Shown here: in pieces, positions 23,312 to 35,483 of the stretch
Layout of the letters: the number at the start of each line of letters is the position of its first letter
How positions within the stretch are numbered: position 1 is the first letter of the stretch
Assembly (NCBI RefSeq): GCF_036321535.1
Contig: NC_087462.1
Location: forward strand, 4,960,001-5,024,000
Direction of reading: 5' to 3'
DNA length: 64,000 nt
Source of the DNA: Camelus dromedarius
Lineage: Eukaryota
Translations under genes and position numbers: made by a program
The notes under the pieces: generated by a model
Seen by the model: only the letters and a program-made list of their open reading frames with translations
Told to the model about the DNA's origin: nothing
Databases searched by the model: none

Positions 23312-23826
23312 ATGGTTGGGAGGCCAATGGGAGCCCTTCAAAGTCCAATGACCATCATTCCTTGGCTCCCAGATGTCTGCCTGCAATCCCTCAAAAGATA
23401 AGGTGCATTCTTTCCTGACGTGTGTCTGCCCCAGCACAACTAATAGCCTAAGGAAATGGTCACTCTCACAATAGCTCAGGCTGGTTTATTTCAACCCATG
23501 TCTCCTCCTTATCGGAATCATAAATCCCACTGCCCTTTCAGGGACCCTAACTTTCTCAACTCACCTAAACCAATTGGAAACTTGTGTGTGAACTGATCAC
23601 GCACCCTGTGACCCCCTGATGTCACGTAAGCACAAGGAGTCAAATTCTACCCTCCCTTATAAAAGACCTCAGCAACCAACCCTCGGTGCGCATACGGGCA
23701 GCTCTTGTCTGCGTGGCCCGCTGTTTTCTGCGGCAGTGTGTCTAATAAACTCCTTTACTGTTCTCCTCCTTTGTCTCTGGTAAATTCTTTTACCGCCTGC
23801 TCACCGGCCTGCCGGATCCTACGACA
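23312..23826 (+). mobile_element. Well-preserved solo LTR inserted into an antisense L1 3' end
   Basis: Interrupts the L1 text gtttcaggtgtacaac...gtgattca. Internal TATA (cttataaaag, about 23657) and AATAAA (about 23744). Confidence 0.7.
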
Positions 23827-23829
23827 ACT

Positions 23830-25140
23830 GTGATTCAAAATTTTTTTGTAGATGATACTCTATTCATAGTTACTACAAACTATTGGCTGTATTCCCAATG
23901 CCATACAATATATCCTTGTTGCTTATTTATTTTATACATAGCAGTTTGTACCTCTTAATCCCTTACCCCTATCTCTCCCCTCTCCCCTCCTCACTGGTAA
24001 TGTAACCACTAGTTTGTTCTCTATATCTGTGAGACTATTTCTTTTCTATATTCACTAGTCTGTTTAATATTTTAGATTCTATATGTATTGCAATAGCNNN
24101 NNNNNNNNNNNNNNNNNNNNNNNNNNNNNNNNNNNNNNNNNNNNNNNNNNNNNNNNNNNNNNNNNNNNNNNNNNNNNNNNNNNNNNNNNNNNNNNNNNNN
24201 NNNNNNNNNNNNNNNNNNNNNNNNNNNNNNNNNNNNNNNNNNNNCGTTCATCTGTCCACATACATCCGTATATATATTCTTTTTCAGTTTTTCATTATAG
24301 GTTATTATAAGATACTGAATACAGTTCCCTGTGCTATACAGTGGGTCCTTGTTGTTTATTTATTTTACATATACTAGTGTGCATCTGTTAATCCCAAACT
24401 CCTGACTTATCTCTTCCACCCCCTTTCCCCTTTGGTAACCATGAGTTTGTTTTCTATGTCTGTGAGTCTGTTCTCTTTTGTAAATAAGTTCATTTGTATA
24501 ATTTTTTAAGGTTCCACATACAAGTGATATCATATGATACTTATCTTTCTCTCTCTGACTTCACTTAATAATCTCTAGACCCATCCATGTTGCTGCAAAT
24601 GATATTATTTCATTCTTTTTTATGGCTTTTTCCATAGTATATATATACCAAATCTTCTTTATCCAATCATCTGTGGCTGGACATTTAGGTTGCTTCCATG
24701 TCTTGGCTGTTGTGACTAGTGCTGTTATGAACATTGGGGTGCATGTATCTTTTTTAATTAGAGTTTTTGTCTTTTCTGGCTATATCCTCAGGAGTGGGAT
24801 TGCTGGATCATATGGTAAGTCTATTTTTAGTTTTTAAAGGAATCTCTGTACTATTCTCCATAATGACTGCACCAATTTACATTCCCACCAACAGAGTTGG
24901 AGGATTCCTTTTTCTCCACACTCTCCCCAGCATGTATTATTTGTAGACTTTTCAGTGATGACCATTCTGACTGATGTGAGGTGATACCTCATTGTAGCTT
25001 TGATTTGCATTTCTTTAATTAGCAATGTTGAACATTTTTCATCATGGTTTGGATTTGCATTTCTCTTATGATTAGCAATGTTGAGCATCTTTTCGTGTGC
25101 CTGTTGGCCATCTGTGTGTCTTCTTTGGAATAATGTCTGT
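23830..25140 (-). mobile_element. L1 3' UTR/ORF2-end fragments
   Basis: Antisense L1 text (ccatccatgttgctgcaaatg, accaatttacattcccaccaacag, gtgatacctcattgtagctttgatttgc), spanning a gap. Confidence 0.85.
24098..24244. other. Assembly gap
   Basis: Run of N. Confidence 1.
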
Positions 25141-25784
25141 TCAGATCTTCTGGAGGGGGAGCCCAGATTCTTATATCGGAAGTCCTCCCAGAACTGGGTT
25201 CCTCTGCTTCAGGGCACAAGTGACAGGTGGAATTTGAGGCTGATTGAGTGTTCTCTTGGTGTCCATCTTCCTCTGACAGGACAAACTGCAAGAGGGCAGA
25301 AGGAGTGTCCCTTTCCCCTCTATTGGATGCACAAGGCTTAGCATCTAATAGGTGCTCAATCAACATTGCCTACACTTTGGCCCTTGGACACAGTTGTATT
25401 TACATCAGGATTCCACAGACACACATCATTTTTACTGAAATGCAACATGCATAAAATGTGCAAATATAAGCATACAGTTCAAACATTTCACTAGCTTACC
25501 AGAAGCCCTCTGTCTGCCCCTTTCTTATCTCTACACTCACTCCCAGGAAAATGTTGTCCTCGCTTCCAATATCATAGTTTAGATTAGTTGTGCTTGGTGG
25601 GGTTTTGGGTTTTGTTTTTTTTTTGTCCTTTGGAATAAATGGATTGATGTAGAATGTTCTCTATTGTGTCTGGGTTTTTCTGCTCACCATTAGGTTGGTG
25701 AGAATCCAAATGGGCAAACGAAGCTGCAAGCCACATGTTGATTTCACCTCACACTCACAGCGATTGGCCTAGTGGGGGGCCGGG

Positions 25785-25950
25785 GGAGGAGTTTTTTCTG
25801 TCAAGGGCTAGTTAGTAAAAGTGGTTGGCTTTGTGGGCCTTGTGGTCTCTGTCACCACTTCTCAACTCTGCCAGTGATGTGTGGAGCAGCCACAGATGAT
25901 ATATTCAAAAGTGGGCATGGCTGTGTGCCCGGAAAACTTTTTTTATGGAC
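25785..25950 (+). mobile_element. MER58A-like hAT DNA transposon, 5' part
   Basis: ttttttctgtcaagggctagttagtaa..ggctttgtgggcc..ggctgtgtgcc; the 3' part appears at 27076-27135. Confidence 0.65.
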
Positions 25951-26370
25951 CCTAGAATTTGAATTTCCTATACTTTCCATATGTCATTAAATATTAACTT
26001 TTTAATGATTTTCAAATGTTTAATAACTGATAATGAAAAAGCATACATATGCATAACCGAATCAATATGCTGTACACCAGAAACTAACACAAGACTGTCA
26101 ATCAACTATACTTCAATACAAAAAATTTAATGTGAGCACTGTTTGGCAGTTCACCAAAAAGTTAAACACAGAATTGCCATATAATCCAGCAATTCCACTC
26201 TTGGGTCTGTACCCAAAATAACTGAAAGCAGCCACTCACAGGGATACTTGCATACCCCGGTTCACAGCCGCACTGTTCACAGAAACCCAACTGCCGCAAA
26301 CGGGTGAATGGATAAACAAGATGTGGTATGTACAAATGATTGAATATTAGCCTTAAAAAGGAATGAAGTT

Positions 26371-26495
26371 TTTTCTTTTTTGGGTAGGGGTAGGTAATTA
26401 GGTTTATTTAAGTTTTTTAATGGAGGTTCTGGGGTTTGAACCCAGGACCTCCTGCACGCTAAGCACACACTCTATCACTGAGCTACACCCTCCCC
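26371..26495 (-). mobile_element. Camelid tRNA-derived SINE inserted in an L1 fragment
   Basis: Reverse complement of the SINE consensus. Confidence 0.85.
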
Positions 26496-26825
26496 TCTAG
26501 GAGTGAAGTTCTGATACATTCTACAACATGGAGGAATCTTAAAAGATTATGCTCAGCGAAATAAGGCAGACACAGAAGGCTAATTCCGTGTATTTGTAAT
26601 ATGAATAAATAGGCAAATTCATAAAGTAGATTGGAGGTGACCAAGGGCTGGCGGGGAGGGGAGGGTTAGAGTTTAATGGGTAGAGTTTCAGTTTGGGATG
26701 CTTAAAAAAAATTCTGGAAATGGAGAGGGGTGATGATTCCACAATATTGTGAATGGACTTAATGCCACTGAATTGTACCCTTGAAAATGGTTAAAATGGT
26801 ACATTTTATGTGTATACATATATAT

Positions 26826-26947
26826 ATTTGGGGGGGGAGGGAGGTAATTCAGTTTGTTTGTTTGTTTGTTTAATTTTTTTAGAGAAGGCGCTGGGGATTG
26901 AAACCAGGACGTCATGCATGCGAAGCACCTGCTCTACCCCTTGAGCT
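26826..26947 (-). mobile_element. Camelid tRNA-derived SINE cut by a gap
   Basis: Reverse complement of the SINE with a (TTTG)n tail. Confidence 0.8.
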
Positions 26948-27075
26948 NNNNNNNNNNNNNNNNNNNNNNNNNNNNNNNNNNNNNNNNNNNNNNNNNNNNN
27001 NNNNNNNNNNNNNNNNNNNNNNNNNNNNNNNNNNNNNNNNNNNNNNNNNNNNNNNNNNNNNNNNNNNNNNNNNNN
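26948..27075. other. Assembly gap
   Basis: Run of N. Confidence 1.
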
Positions 27076-27469
27076 GAGTGGTACAAAAATAGACGGCAGG
27101 CTGGATTTGGCCCATGGGCTGTAACTTGCCAACATCAGTTGTAGATTGTCCCATTGAAGGAATAGACCATGATTTTATCTGTCTGTTCTATTGTGATAGG
27201 CATTTGGGAATGAACATGGTATGCAGTTCTCACACAAGGACATGACTTTGGTGACCTTTGTGTTTCTCTGCCTGTCCCTCCAACTGCGGTTTTTGGAATT
27301 ATTCCCCAGGTAACCATCTCCGGGAGTCCCGCGGATGTGGGAAGGGAAGGCTGTTGAAAGAGGAGGCCCTGGAGCCTACCCTGGGGGCCTCCTCTTAGCC
27401 CCGGATGTGGGAAGGGAGGGCCAGGATGCCAAGGGGCTTAGCCAAGACAGGAAGCCCCACACCCAGAGG

Positions 27470-27542
27470 CCTTAAAGAGAAAGCTGAGGCAGGGGCAAAG
27501 GATGTATATTCCAGGATTCTGCCTGCAGAGTCCAAGGAGAGG
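27470..27542 (+). other. RETN: RETN non-coding exon 1 (5' end approximate)
   Basis: Strong donor GAGG|GTAAGT at 27543; acceptor TTGCAG at 27721-27726, 10 nt before the ATG. Confidence 0.65.
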
Positions 27543-27736
27543 GTAAGTGACAGGGGCCCCTGCCTCTGCCCAGAGCCTCAGCCAGGGAGCCTGGGCAAAG
27601 CTGGCCCTCCAGCCCTGTCCTCCATCGGGACCCAGGGCTCCAGGTCCCACACGCTCGGCGGGCCTGATCCCTCCCAGGCTGGGAAGGGGCTGACCCCACC
27701 GTGGGCCCCCTGGTTCTCTCTTGCAGCACCTGCAGG

Positions 27737-28729
27737 ATGAAGGCTCTCCCCCTCCTCCTCGTCCCACTCCTGTGGCTGCTGGTGTGTGGCACGTCACTGT
27801 GTCCCATGGATGAAGCCCTCAATGAGAAGATCCAAGATGCCACCAGTTTCCTAAGTGAGGACCCTGACATCTGACCTCAGCAGGGGCCCCTCCAATTCCT
27901 GACATGGAGCAGACAAGAAGTGGCCCCGACCCCAGTCGCAGCTCCTGCCCGGCTCCACCCTTAACCGCAGCTCCAAACCCTCCTCCCTCCACAATGCCCA
28001 CCTCAAGACAGAATCCTGGGAGGCGGTGAGCTCCCCTCCACCTGGGCTCTCCCCCAGGGCCCAGACCACCTGGGACCTCCCCAGGGGAGTTTTTGTGACC
28101 CCTTGCCTATGTCCAGACCACAGGGCCTGGGCAGCATAAGAATGGGGGAGGGGAAGCTTGGTCTCACAGTTACCCATCCCCCTCCACCACCCCGCAGTAC
28201 TTGACGTAGTAAGGAGAGTTCGCCTGGACTGCCGGAGTGTCACCTCCAGGGGGGACCTGGTTACCTGCCCCTCAGGTGAGTACAGAACTCTCAGCTCTGT
28301 TCTCGGTACCCTGTAACCCCCTCCGCCACGTCCAGCCTCTATTTCTCTAAGACCATGGAGACCCAGTCTCTACTTCTAGAATGTTCTGGTCTGCACCCCC
28401 AGCCTTTTCCCTCCCCACAACTCCCGGACCCTATTTCCTCAGGACCCCGGTGTCCAGGTCCCCAACCGCCAGCGTCCCCACCACCCACGCATCCAGCTCC
28501 CATTCTCCAGTGTGAGGGCCTCCAGCCCCCTGGACCCCGAGGCCCGCAGCCTCTGGCTCGGAGCCCAAGCTCTCCCCACTCCTCGCTCCCACTGGCAGGC
28601 TTCGCTGTCACCGGCTGCACGTGTGGCTCTGCCTGTGGCTCGTGGGATGTTCGCGCCGAGACCACATGCCACTGCCAGTGCGCAGGCATGGACTGGACAG
28701 GAGCCCGCTGCTGTCGCCTGCAGGCCTAG
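27737..28729 (+). CDS. RETN: Resistin, 108 aa secreted cysteine-rich protein
   Basis: Exons 27737-27854, 28198-28275 and 28599-28729 (327 nt). Signal peptide [18 protein letters not shown], an N-terminal Cys, and the RELM C-terminal cysteine pattern ...[33 protein letters not shown]. Confidence 0.97.
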
Positions 28730-28821
28730 TAGCCTAAAGCTGCACCTGCATACGGGATGGGCCTCGAGGGCGTGGCCAGCCTCAGAGGGGTGGGGTCATG
28801 CCCCGGAGGGGCGGGGCTAGA

Positions 28822-28827
28822 AATAAA
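28822..28827 (+). terminator. RETN polyadenylation signal
   Basis: AATAAA 93 nt after the stop codon. Confidence 0.8.
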
Positions 28828-31524
28828 GGCTGAGAAGAGGATGGAGAGGGCCTGGGCCCTGTGCTGTGTCTTCTGTGGGGTGAGGGAGACTGAGCTGGCG
28901 TCTCCAAAAAGAGCGAGGCGCGTAGTCACCAGAGGGAGTGGGGTGGGGGGACAACTGCGACTTTCTTCTGCCCCATTCCCCACTCCTCCCTTGTGGTCCC
29001 CCACTTCTACTTCTGAAAAAATGGGGACTTAACTTCCTCTAATGACACCCACACCCAAGGTTCGTGGCCACCTTCAGGAGGGGAAGGGAGTGTTACCTTT
29101 GAAGCCAACCTGTCGGTCACCCTAGCGTTTCGGACCTCCCAGGAAGTTGCTGGGTCATTCTTCCCCATTGCCCACAATGAGGCCTCCTCAGGGATCTGGG
29201 TCTGGACAGGGCAGGGACCCTCACCCACCCTATCCACGTGTGCTCCCGGGACTCAGGCCACCAGCAGCCCCTGGGTCAGGGTGCATCCCTGAGCCATCGG
29301 GGAGCCCAAAGCCCTGAGCCCCATCCCTCTCTCCTCACCTGCATCAGGGGACCCCCAAGGGGCAGACAAAGCTGGGTCATGAGCAGGAAGGAGTCTTCAC
29401 AGGGGTCTGGGGAGAACTCCTACCTGATGCTACCTACATCACCAATTCACGTTTTCACATGCACAGGTGCAGTTTTGAGTAATTACAGCTCATGGTACGT
29501 ACCTCTCATGAGCCCTCAAATATGAAAACACAGGGCAGGGGGCTTGTATCTTTGATGTATCTGGCTCTTAGAAAGAGCTTGGTAGATAGAAGGTGTTCGG
29601 GAAATGTCTGTTGAATAAATAACCACACACACGTGGCTACACCAACTAGGTGCGCACACTACATGCACATACGTAGTTACTCGTGGCCATGTGCACGCAC
29701 AGTACAAAACCCAGTTACCATGGTTACACAGAGACACGCCGCCCACAGATACACACATGCCCACTGAACGGAGAGACCCAGGAACACACAGACACATGTA
29801 TGCCTCAGACAGACTCTCATACTTCCAACATCAAGTCCCGCCCCCACCCCCATGACACCGGTCTCAGCCTGGAGTCAAAACCCTAGAAGGGAAATCCTCA
29901 GCACCACAGGGAGAGGGGCACAACCCAGGTGATTCAAGGTCTAGTTCCTGAGAATCCTAACCCAGGAGTCTTAAAAGCCAGTCCCTGAGAGATGCAGGCA
30001 GAGAATTCAGAATACTTGGTGCTCAATCTTAAAAGGGACCCCAGAGGTAAACATCACAGTCCCCAGCATACTCCTCAGGCTGGAGAATGGAGGACAGGGT
30101 GGAGTTCCAGCTTTCAAGATGTTTTGGACTCTCCTCCCACTGGCAACTACCCGCTATGATGTCTGATACTGGTGGCCATGAGCTGAGGTCACAAACACTC
30201 CTGGTGCCTGTGGCATCCACCCAGTCTCTGATCCAGGCATTCTCCTCCCACGTCCTTCATCCTAATCCCACTTCGGCCTTGGGGTTGGAGTGGGATCACT
30301 GATTCAGAAGTGTGTTAAGAACCAGAGGGGGTGAGTCGAGTACCTTGTCTAGCCTGTCCTTCACTGGCGTGAAGGGAGGAGCACTCCAGTGTCTCCAGAC
30401 CCTGATGTGAATGCCCCCTTGTCTCCAAGACCCACAATTGTCCTTCTCTATGGACCCCAAGAAAGGCCTCTTCAGAGCGCTCAGTTCCAACAGTCACCCT
30501 CCTGTCCCAGAGCACAGACTTTGACAGGCAACCCCTCCCCCTTCTTAAGCCTCCTTCCTCTTTTGCCAAATGCCTGGCCCCTGTAGTAGCCAGACCCACG
30601 TCAAGCCAGCTGGAGCAAAAGCGAAAGGACATTTCTGGATTATGTAACTGAAAGGCCCAGGGTTAGAACAACAGATTCAAGTATGGCTGGATCCAGGGTC
30701 TCAAATGATGTGTCCAGGACCCTACTCCCTGTCAGGTCTGCTTTCCTCAGTGCTGGCTTCACTTTCAAGCAGGCTCTCTCTTGTCACAGCTCCAGGCCTA
30801 CATCCTCACAGTCTTACGGCCGCAGGGTGAGGAGTGAGTGGGGGAAAGAGGATACCCTTTTTCCTGGTTAACCCACCAAGAGCCTCAGGACTAAATTTCA
30901 TTGGTTGAGTCTGGCTCATGTTCCTGCCCCTGTGCCAAATTTTGGACTCTGACTGGCTGGGCTTGGATCCTATGCCCACCCTAAACCAATCCCTAGTTAG
31001 GACATATTTTCTTTCTTAAAAGAAAGCCGAGATAGTTACTCAGTGAAAGTCTGATCAGGCAACCTCAGGAGCCCTCTTAGGCCACTGTGACATGGTTGCT
31101 TGAGGGTCTCCAGTTTGGGGACTAACTTTTCCTCAAAGTCCAGAGGGCTGGGGCCTGGTCTCAGCCTCATCAGAGCCAGGGAAAGGTGTAATGCTGTGGC
31201 CCCGCTCCCTGTGCCTGTCCATCAGAGCAAAGCCAGTTCGCCACTGGCCCATCTCTTCTGTGACTGTTGGGCTGGGTGTGGGGTCACATTTCCCAGTAAG
31301 TGGAGTCTTTGTAAGACCAGATACAAGGGCTGGCATCTAACCACTATTAAATCAATCTTCCTTGAGCAGACAAGATTGGCAATGCTTTAGGAAAGAGAAT
31401 GTTATCCTCACTGGATCTTGGGGACCATTCCAAAATTATCTAGAATTTAATCACACGTTTTAAATCTAAAACATACTCACTTCCTACACATAGAAAGTTT
31501 CAAACTTATTTTTTCCAAAGGGAG

Positions 31525-31975
31525 AGTAATGGAGCAGGACCCTATGGGGCCTTCCCAGGACAGACACCACCAACCCCTCAGTGTCCTCTGCCTGTCTCTT
31601 GTCTCTAGAAAAACTTTAGCCAAAAAAATACATTTAATCAAAGAAATGAAAAAATGCAGAAGCAAAGAGAAGCAGTCAAACAGGACAAAATAATAATAGT
31701 TTAGCCATGCAGCAAAGTCAAAGACCTTTACTTTCTCCTCGAGGGCTACAGATAAGATTCTGAGCCATATCCTCTGAGCCGTTTTACAGATACTAAAATG
31801 CCCACCACGTGGAAGAAGTTAAGTACACGATGACCAGAGTGTAGCCATGACATAAGCTGCTCCATCTTGCACAATTCTGAGAACTGGCCTCAAGGAAATG
31901 GGAACAAACTGAGCCTGAAAATGAAGATTAACTGCACTTAAAACAATCAAGATGGTGCTGATCAGACCGCCACGT
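31525..31975 (+). mobile_element. Partial LTR, same family as 22543-23010
   Basis: Shared start gcaggaccct(a/g)tggggccttcc(c/a)..gacagac. Confidence 0.6.
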
Positions 31976-32761
31976 GACCAATTTGAAGATGACTACAGTA
32001 AAAGAGCTACAAACTACTATGTATAAAATAGATAAGAAACAAGGGTGTATTGTACAGCGCAGAGTAATACAGCCATTATTTAGTAATAACTTTACATGGA
32101 GTATGATCTATAAAAGTATTGAATCACTATGCTGTACACCTGAAACTAATATAATATTATAAATCAACTATTCTTCAATTTTTAAAAATCCTGCCCTCCA
32201 AAACCATGATGCATTTCACATTATACTTCCATCAGAAGGCACTGCTCTAGATCTAAAGAGAAAATTCCCTGTATACTTGGTCTCATTTTTTTTTAATCCA
32301 CAGTTTTCAAGGTCAGAGAGACAAAGAGAACTTCAAGACAGCTAGGCAGAGCGCAGACAGTGTGATGCCATGAATACGCATCGACCTGCAAATGAGGGTG
32401 ACACACGTGCAGGCGGGCAGATTGTGACTGGGGGTGTTCAGGAGGGTGTGCATCAGTGTTCGTGTGTGGGACTCTGGGTAGGTGAGGAGATGTGTGGCTG
32501 AGTGTGAGTGGGTTTGCTTCCGGAGTTAGGTCAAGGTGAGGTCTGGCCTCAGTCCCACATGTGGGTGTGCAGTTTGGTGACCCTGTTGCCTCCTACCCGC
32601 GCTTCTCCTTCAAGGGATCTTGAAGAAGTAGAACTTCGCAGGGCGGGGCCGAGAGGGGGAACCGGGGCTAGGAACTGCCTCTGCCCTAAAAGGTAGGGCT
32701 TGGAGGCATCAAAGCTCTTCTCTTGAGAGCAAGAGATGGGAGGTTGAGGTTCATCCAGGTA

Positions 32762-32795
32762 GACACACACACACACACACCCACACACACACACA

Positions 32796-32829
<34 letters not shown>
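32762..32829. repeat. Interrupted (CA)n microsatellite
   Basis: About 34 dinucleotides with two CC interruptions. Confidence 0.95.
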
Positions 32830-32832
<3 letters not shown>

Positions 32833-32899
32833 CTTCCTGTAGATTTCCTGACCATCCCTTTTTTAAAACCATTATTTTTATTGAATACAATTGACAGAT

Positions 32900-33045
32900 G
32901 GGGGAGGATATAACTCAAGTGGTAGAGTGCATGCTCAGCGTACACAAGGTCCTGGATTCAATCCCCAGTACCTCCTCTAAAAGTAGATAAATAAGTAAAC
33001 CTAATTATCTCTCCCGCTAATAAACAGCAAAATTAAAAAAAAAAA
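32900..33045 (+). mobile_element. Camelid tRNA-derived SINE within an L1 fragment
   Basis: ggggaggatataactcaagtggtagagtgc ... poly-A; flanks ttgacagat / ctgacatat resemble a target-site duplication. Confidence 0.85.
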
Positions 33046-33415
33046 CTGACATATGACTGTTGTGTAAGTTTAACGTGTACAACGTGTTGATTTGATACAT
33101 TTGTCTATTGCAATGTGATCGCCACCATAGTGTTAGTTAACACTTTAACCACAAGTTCCTGACTATTCCATTCCATTTCCGGGACTGTAGGCTCCTGTTC
33201 TTGGTCCTCCCTGAGACCTCTGGTCTCCTAAGACCCCTCTTGAGCCGGGGTGGAGGTGAGGATGCCCAAGATGAGGTGGGAGGGTCCTGCATCCCTGGAA
33301 AGAGGAGGCTGACCCCTCCTTTCTTCCCTCACCCCAACCCAGAGACTTCCTCATCCTTCCAGACACCTTCCGGTGGGTGGAGAATGAATACAGACAAATT
33401 GGTGGCCCGGGGAAA

Positions 33416-35483
33416 ATGGAGACTGAGGAAATCTACATGAACCAGGTCAAGATGCAGGCAGAAGCCTTTAAAGACAAGAAACGGCGATCCCCAGACAACA
33501 AAGAAGGTTAGGCACCTCGCCCTGGAGAGGCAAGGGGAGAGGTCGAGAGGGAGAGGTTGGGATAGAAGAGATAAGGAGCTGAAAGTTGGGGCCAGAGGGT
33601 TCCTTCCCCTACCCAGAAAGTGTGTGTGTCTGTGTATCACCCAGACGGTCACACACACCCACTCCCCTTAATCAAGAAGCTGACCTTTATTCCCCACTCC
33701 CTGTCTTTACCCCCAGAAGTGTGTTGTGTGCAGGGTTCGGTGAACCCAGATGTCTGAGCCTCCTCTCCCACTCCCATCCCTGTCCCAGCGCTCCGGGCAG
33801 GCAGGTTTCCACAGCCCCTTCCACTGACCTGCTCACAGGTGCAGATGACCCTGCCTATGAGAATTTCACCTTGACCTTCAGAAATCGTGACCAGCCAAAG
33901 GGCAGTCATTCACCAGCCAAGAATAAGGGTGAGCAGCCACCCATGAGCCACATCCCATTGCCTGGGGAGGGACCTGCAGGAGAGCATTGCTGAGACAAGG
34001 GGCAGTGCATGGGGGTCAGGTCGATGGCGTGGTGTTGAGGCTTGTGTGTGACAGTGGTGGGGGTAGCTTTGTAGGTGATGATGATGGTGGTGGTGTGAAT
34101 GGAAGAGCTGGGCGATGGTGAGTAAGTGACCGTGGTGGAGTGCATCGGGAAGGAATCACCCAGACAGAGCTGGTGAGGGTACTGATGAGGTCGGACAATG
34201 GGGACAGTGCCCGTAAATGGGCATTGATGCTGGTGGGTGTCAGTGAAGGATGGTAAGGAGGGGGGTGATGCTGATGGTGTTAGGGACCATTGCTGGTGGC
34301 TCTGGCCAGGCTGGCAGTGTCGTTGATGGCCAAAGCTGCTTATGGTATTGGGGACAGCACGTGTAGGTGACAGAGCTGTTGATGGTGTTAGTGCCAATGG
34401 TCCGAGTGGCGGTGTTGGGCCCTGGAGGTGACCTGTCCTGCCTCTGCCCCAGTCCCATCCCAGTCCAGGCCTCCCTTGGACTCTGCCCAGGGCCTCTATT
34501 CGTTGCACAGAGCCATGGTGAGCCTGTCCCTCCTCCTCGCCCTGTCCTGCGTCGTTCTCTTGGCCTTGGTCCTGATGAAGAGTGAGTGTTTCGAGTTTTT
34601 GGTGACTGGGGCAGGGGCCGGGGCAGTGTGGAGGGGTCCTCGGGAGCTGGGGAGGTCAAGTCTGCCTCCCAAGGCTGCAGAATTAGGGCGATTGGAGGGT
34701 TTTCCTTTTCCACCCCCATCCTGAACAGATTCCGAGATGTCCCAGGAGCTGCTGAACTTGAAAGGGGAGCTTCAGAATGGTGAGGGAGGACCTGGGCCTG
34801 GGTGGGGTAGGGAGGGGAGCGGCGACACAGACATCCCCACCCCACACCCTCAGTCTCCCTCTCAGCGCAGGGGTGCCTGGAGTTGCAGAAGGAGGCCTGG
34901 AGCACCCTCAATCAGAGCACCAGGATGGCAGTGCAGGGCATTAACACGCTGAAGAACAAGGTCCAGGAACAGAGCCAGAAACTCTTAAGAGGTGCCCTTA
35001 CCGACCTCCACTGGGTGAACGTGTCTCTGTGCTCAGTGTTGGGCTGGGTGCTGGGGAGTTGGGGGATGGGGCAGTGGGGCCTCGCCCTCCCAAGAGCGCA
35101 GGATTTAGAAGGGTGATGGATTAGGGAGTATATAAATGCTGCTGGAAAACTCCAACTCCACGGGCTCTGTGGCACCCCAGCTTGGGGGTCAAACAGGGAG
35201 TTTCCAATAAAGGTGGCAAAGCCCCACCTCAGTTTTCTTCTGTCTCTCCCACCCCTAGCCATAAGTGAAACCAGGGCTAAGTTAGACGAAATCGAGATGC
35301 TGAAGATGCCAAATCCAAGTAAGTTGGAGCTGGGGAGGGAAGGGAGGAAGATGAGGGGTCCACCCCTGATCTGGCCCTAGATTCCCTTCTAAGAGTGGAA
35401 TCTGCCTGACCTTGGGTTTCCACCCTTTACCCCTCACCCCCAACGCCGCAGACCCCTCATCTAAATCAATGAGAAGGCGTTGA
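33416..35483 (+). CDS. MCEMP1: Mast cell-expressed membrane protein 1, type II membrane protein, 196 aa
   Basis: Exons 33416-33506, 33839-33928, 34453-34581, 34729-34779, 34854-34991, 35259-35318, 35452-35483 (591 nt, all phase 1). METEEIYMNQVKMQ, a YENF motif, one TM segment and a coiled-coil ectodomain; expected position between RETN and TRAPPC5. Confidence 0.9.

Noticed and set aside
24985-25095. Tandem duplication of gatttgcatttct..attagcaatgttga
   Set aside because: It lies within L1 sequence and is best explained as a junction between two L1 pieces or a local slippage.
33930-34450. Thr/His-rich ORFs in MCEMP1 intron 2 and a similar ACC-rich tract at 44310-44700
   Set aside because: These are degenerate GGT/ACC low-complexity tracts without convincing splice sites.
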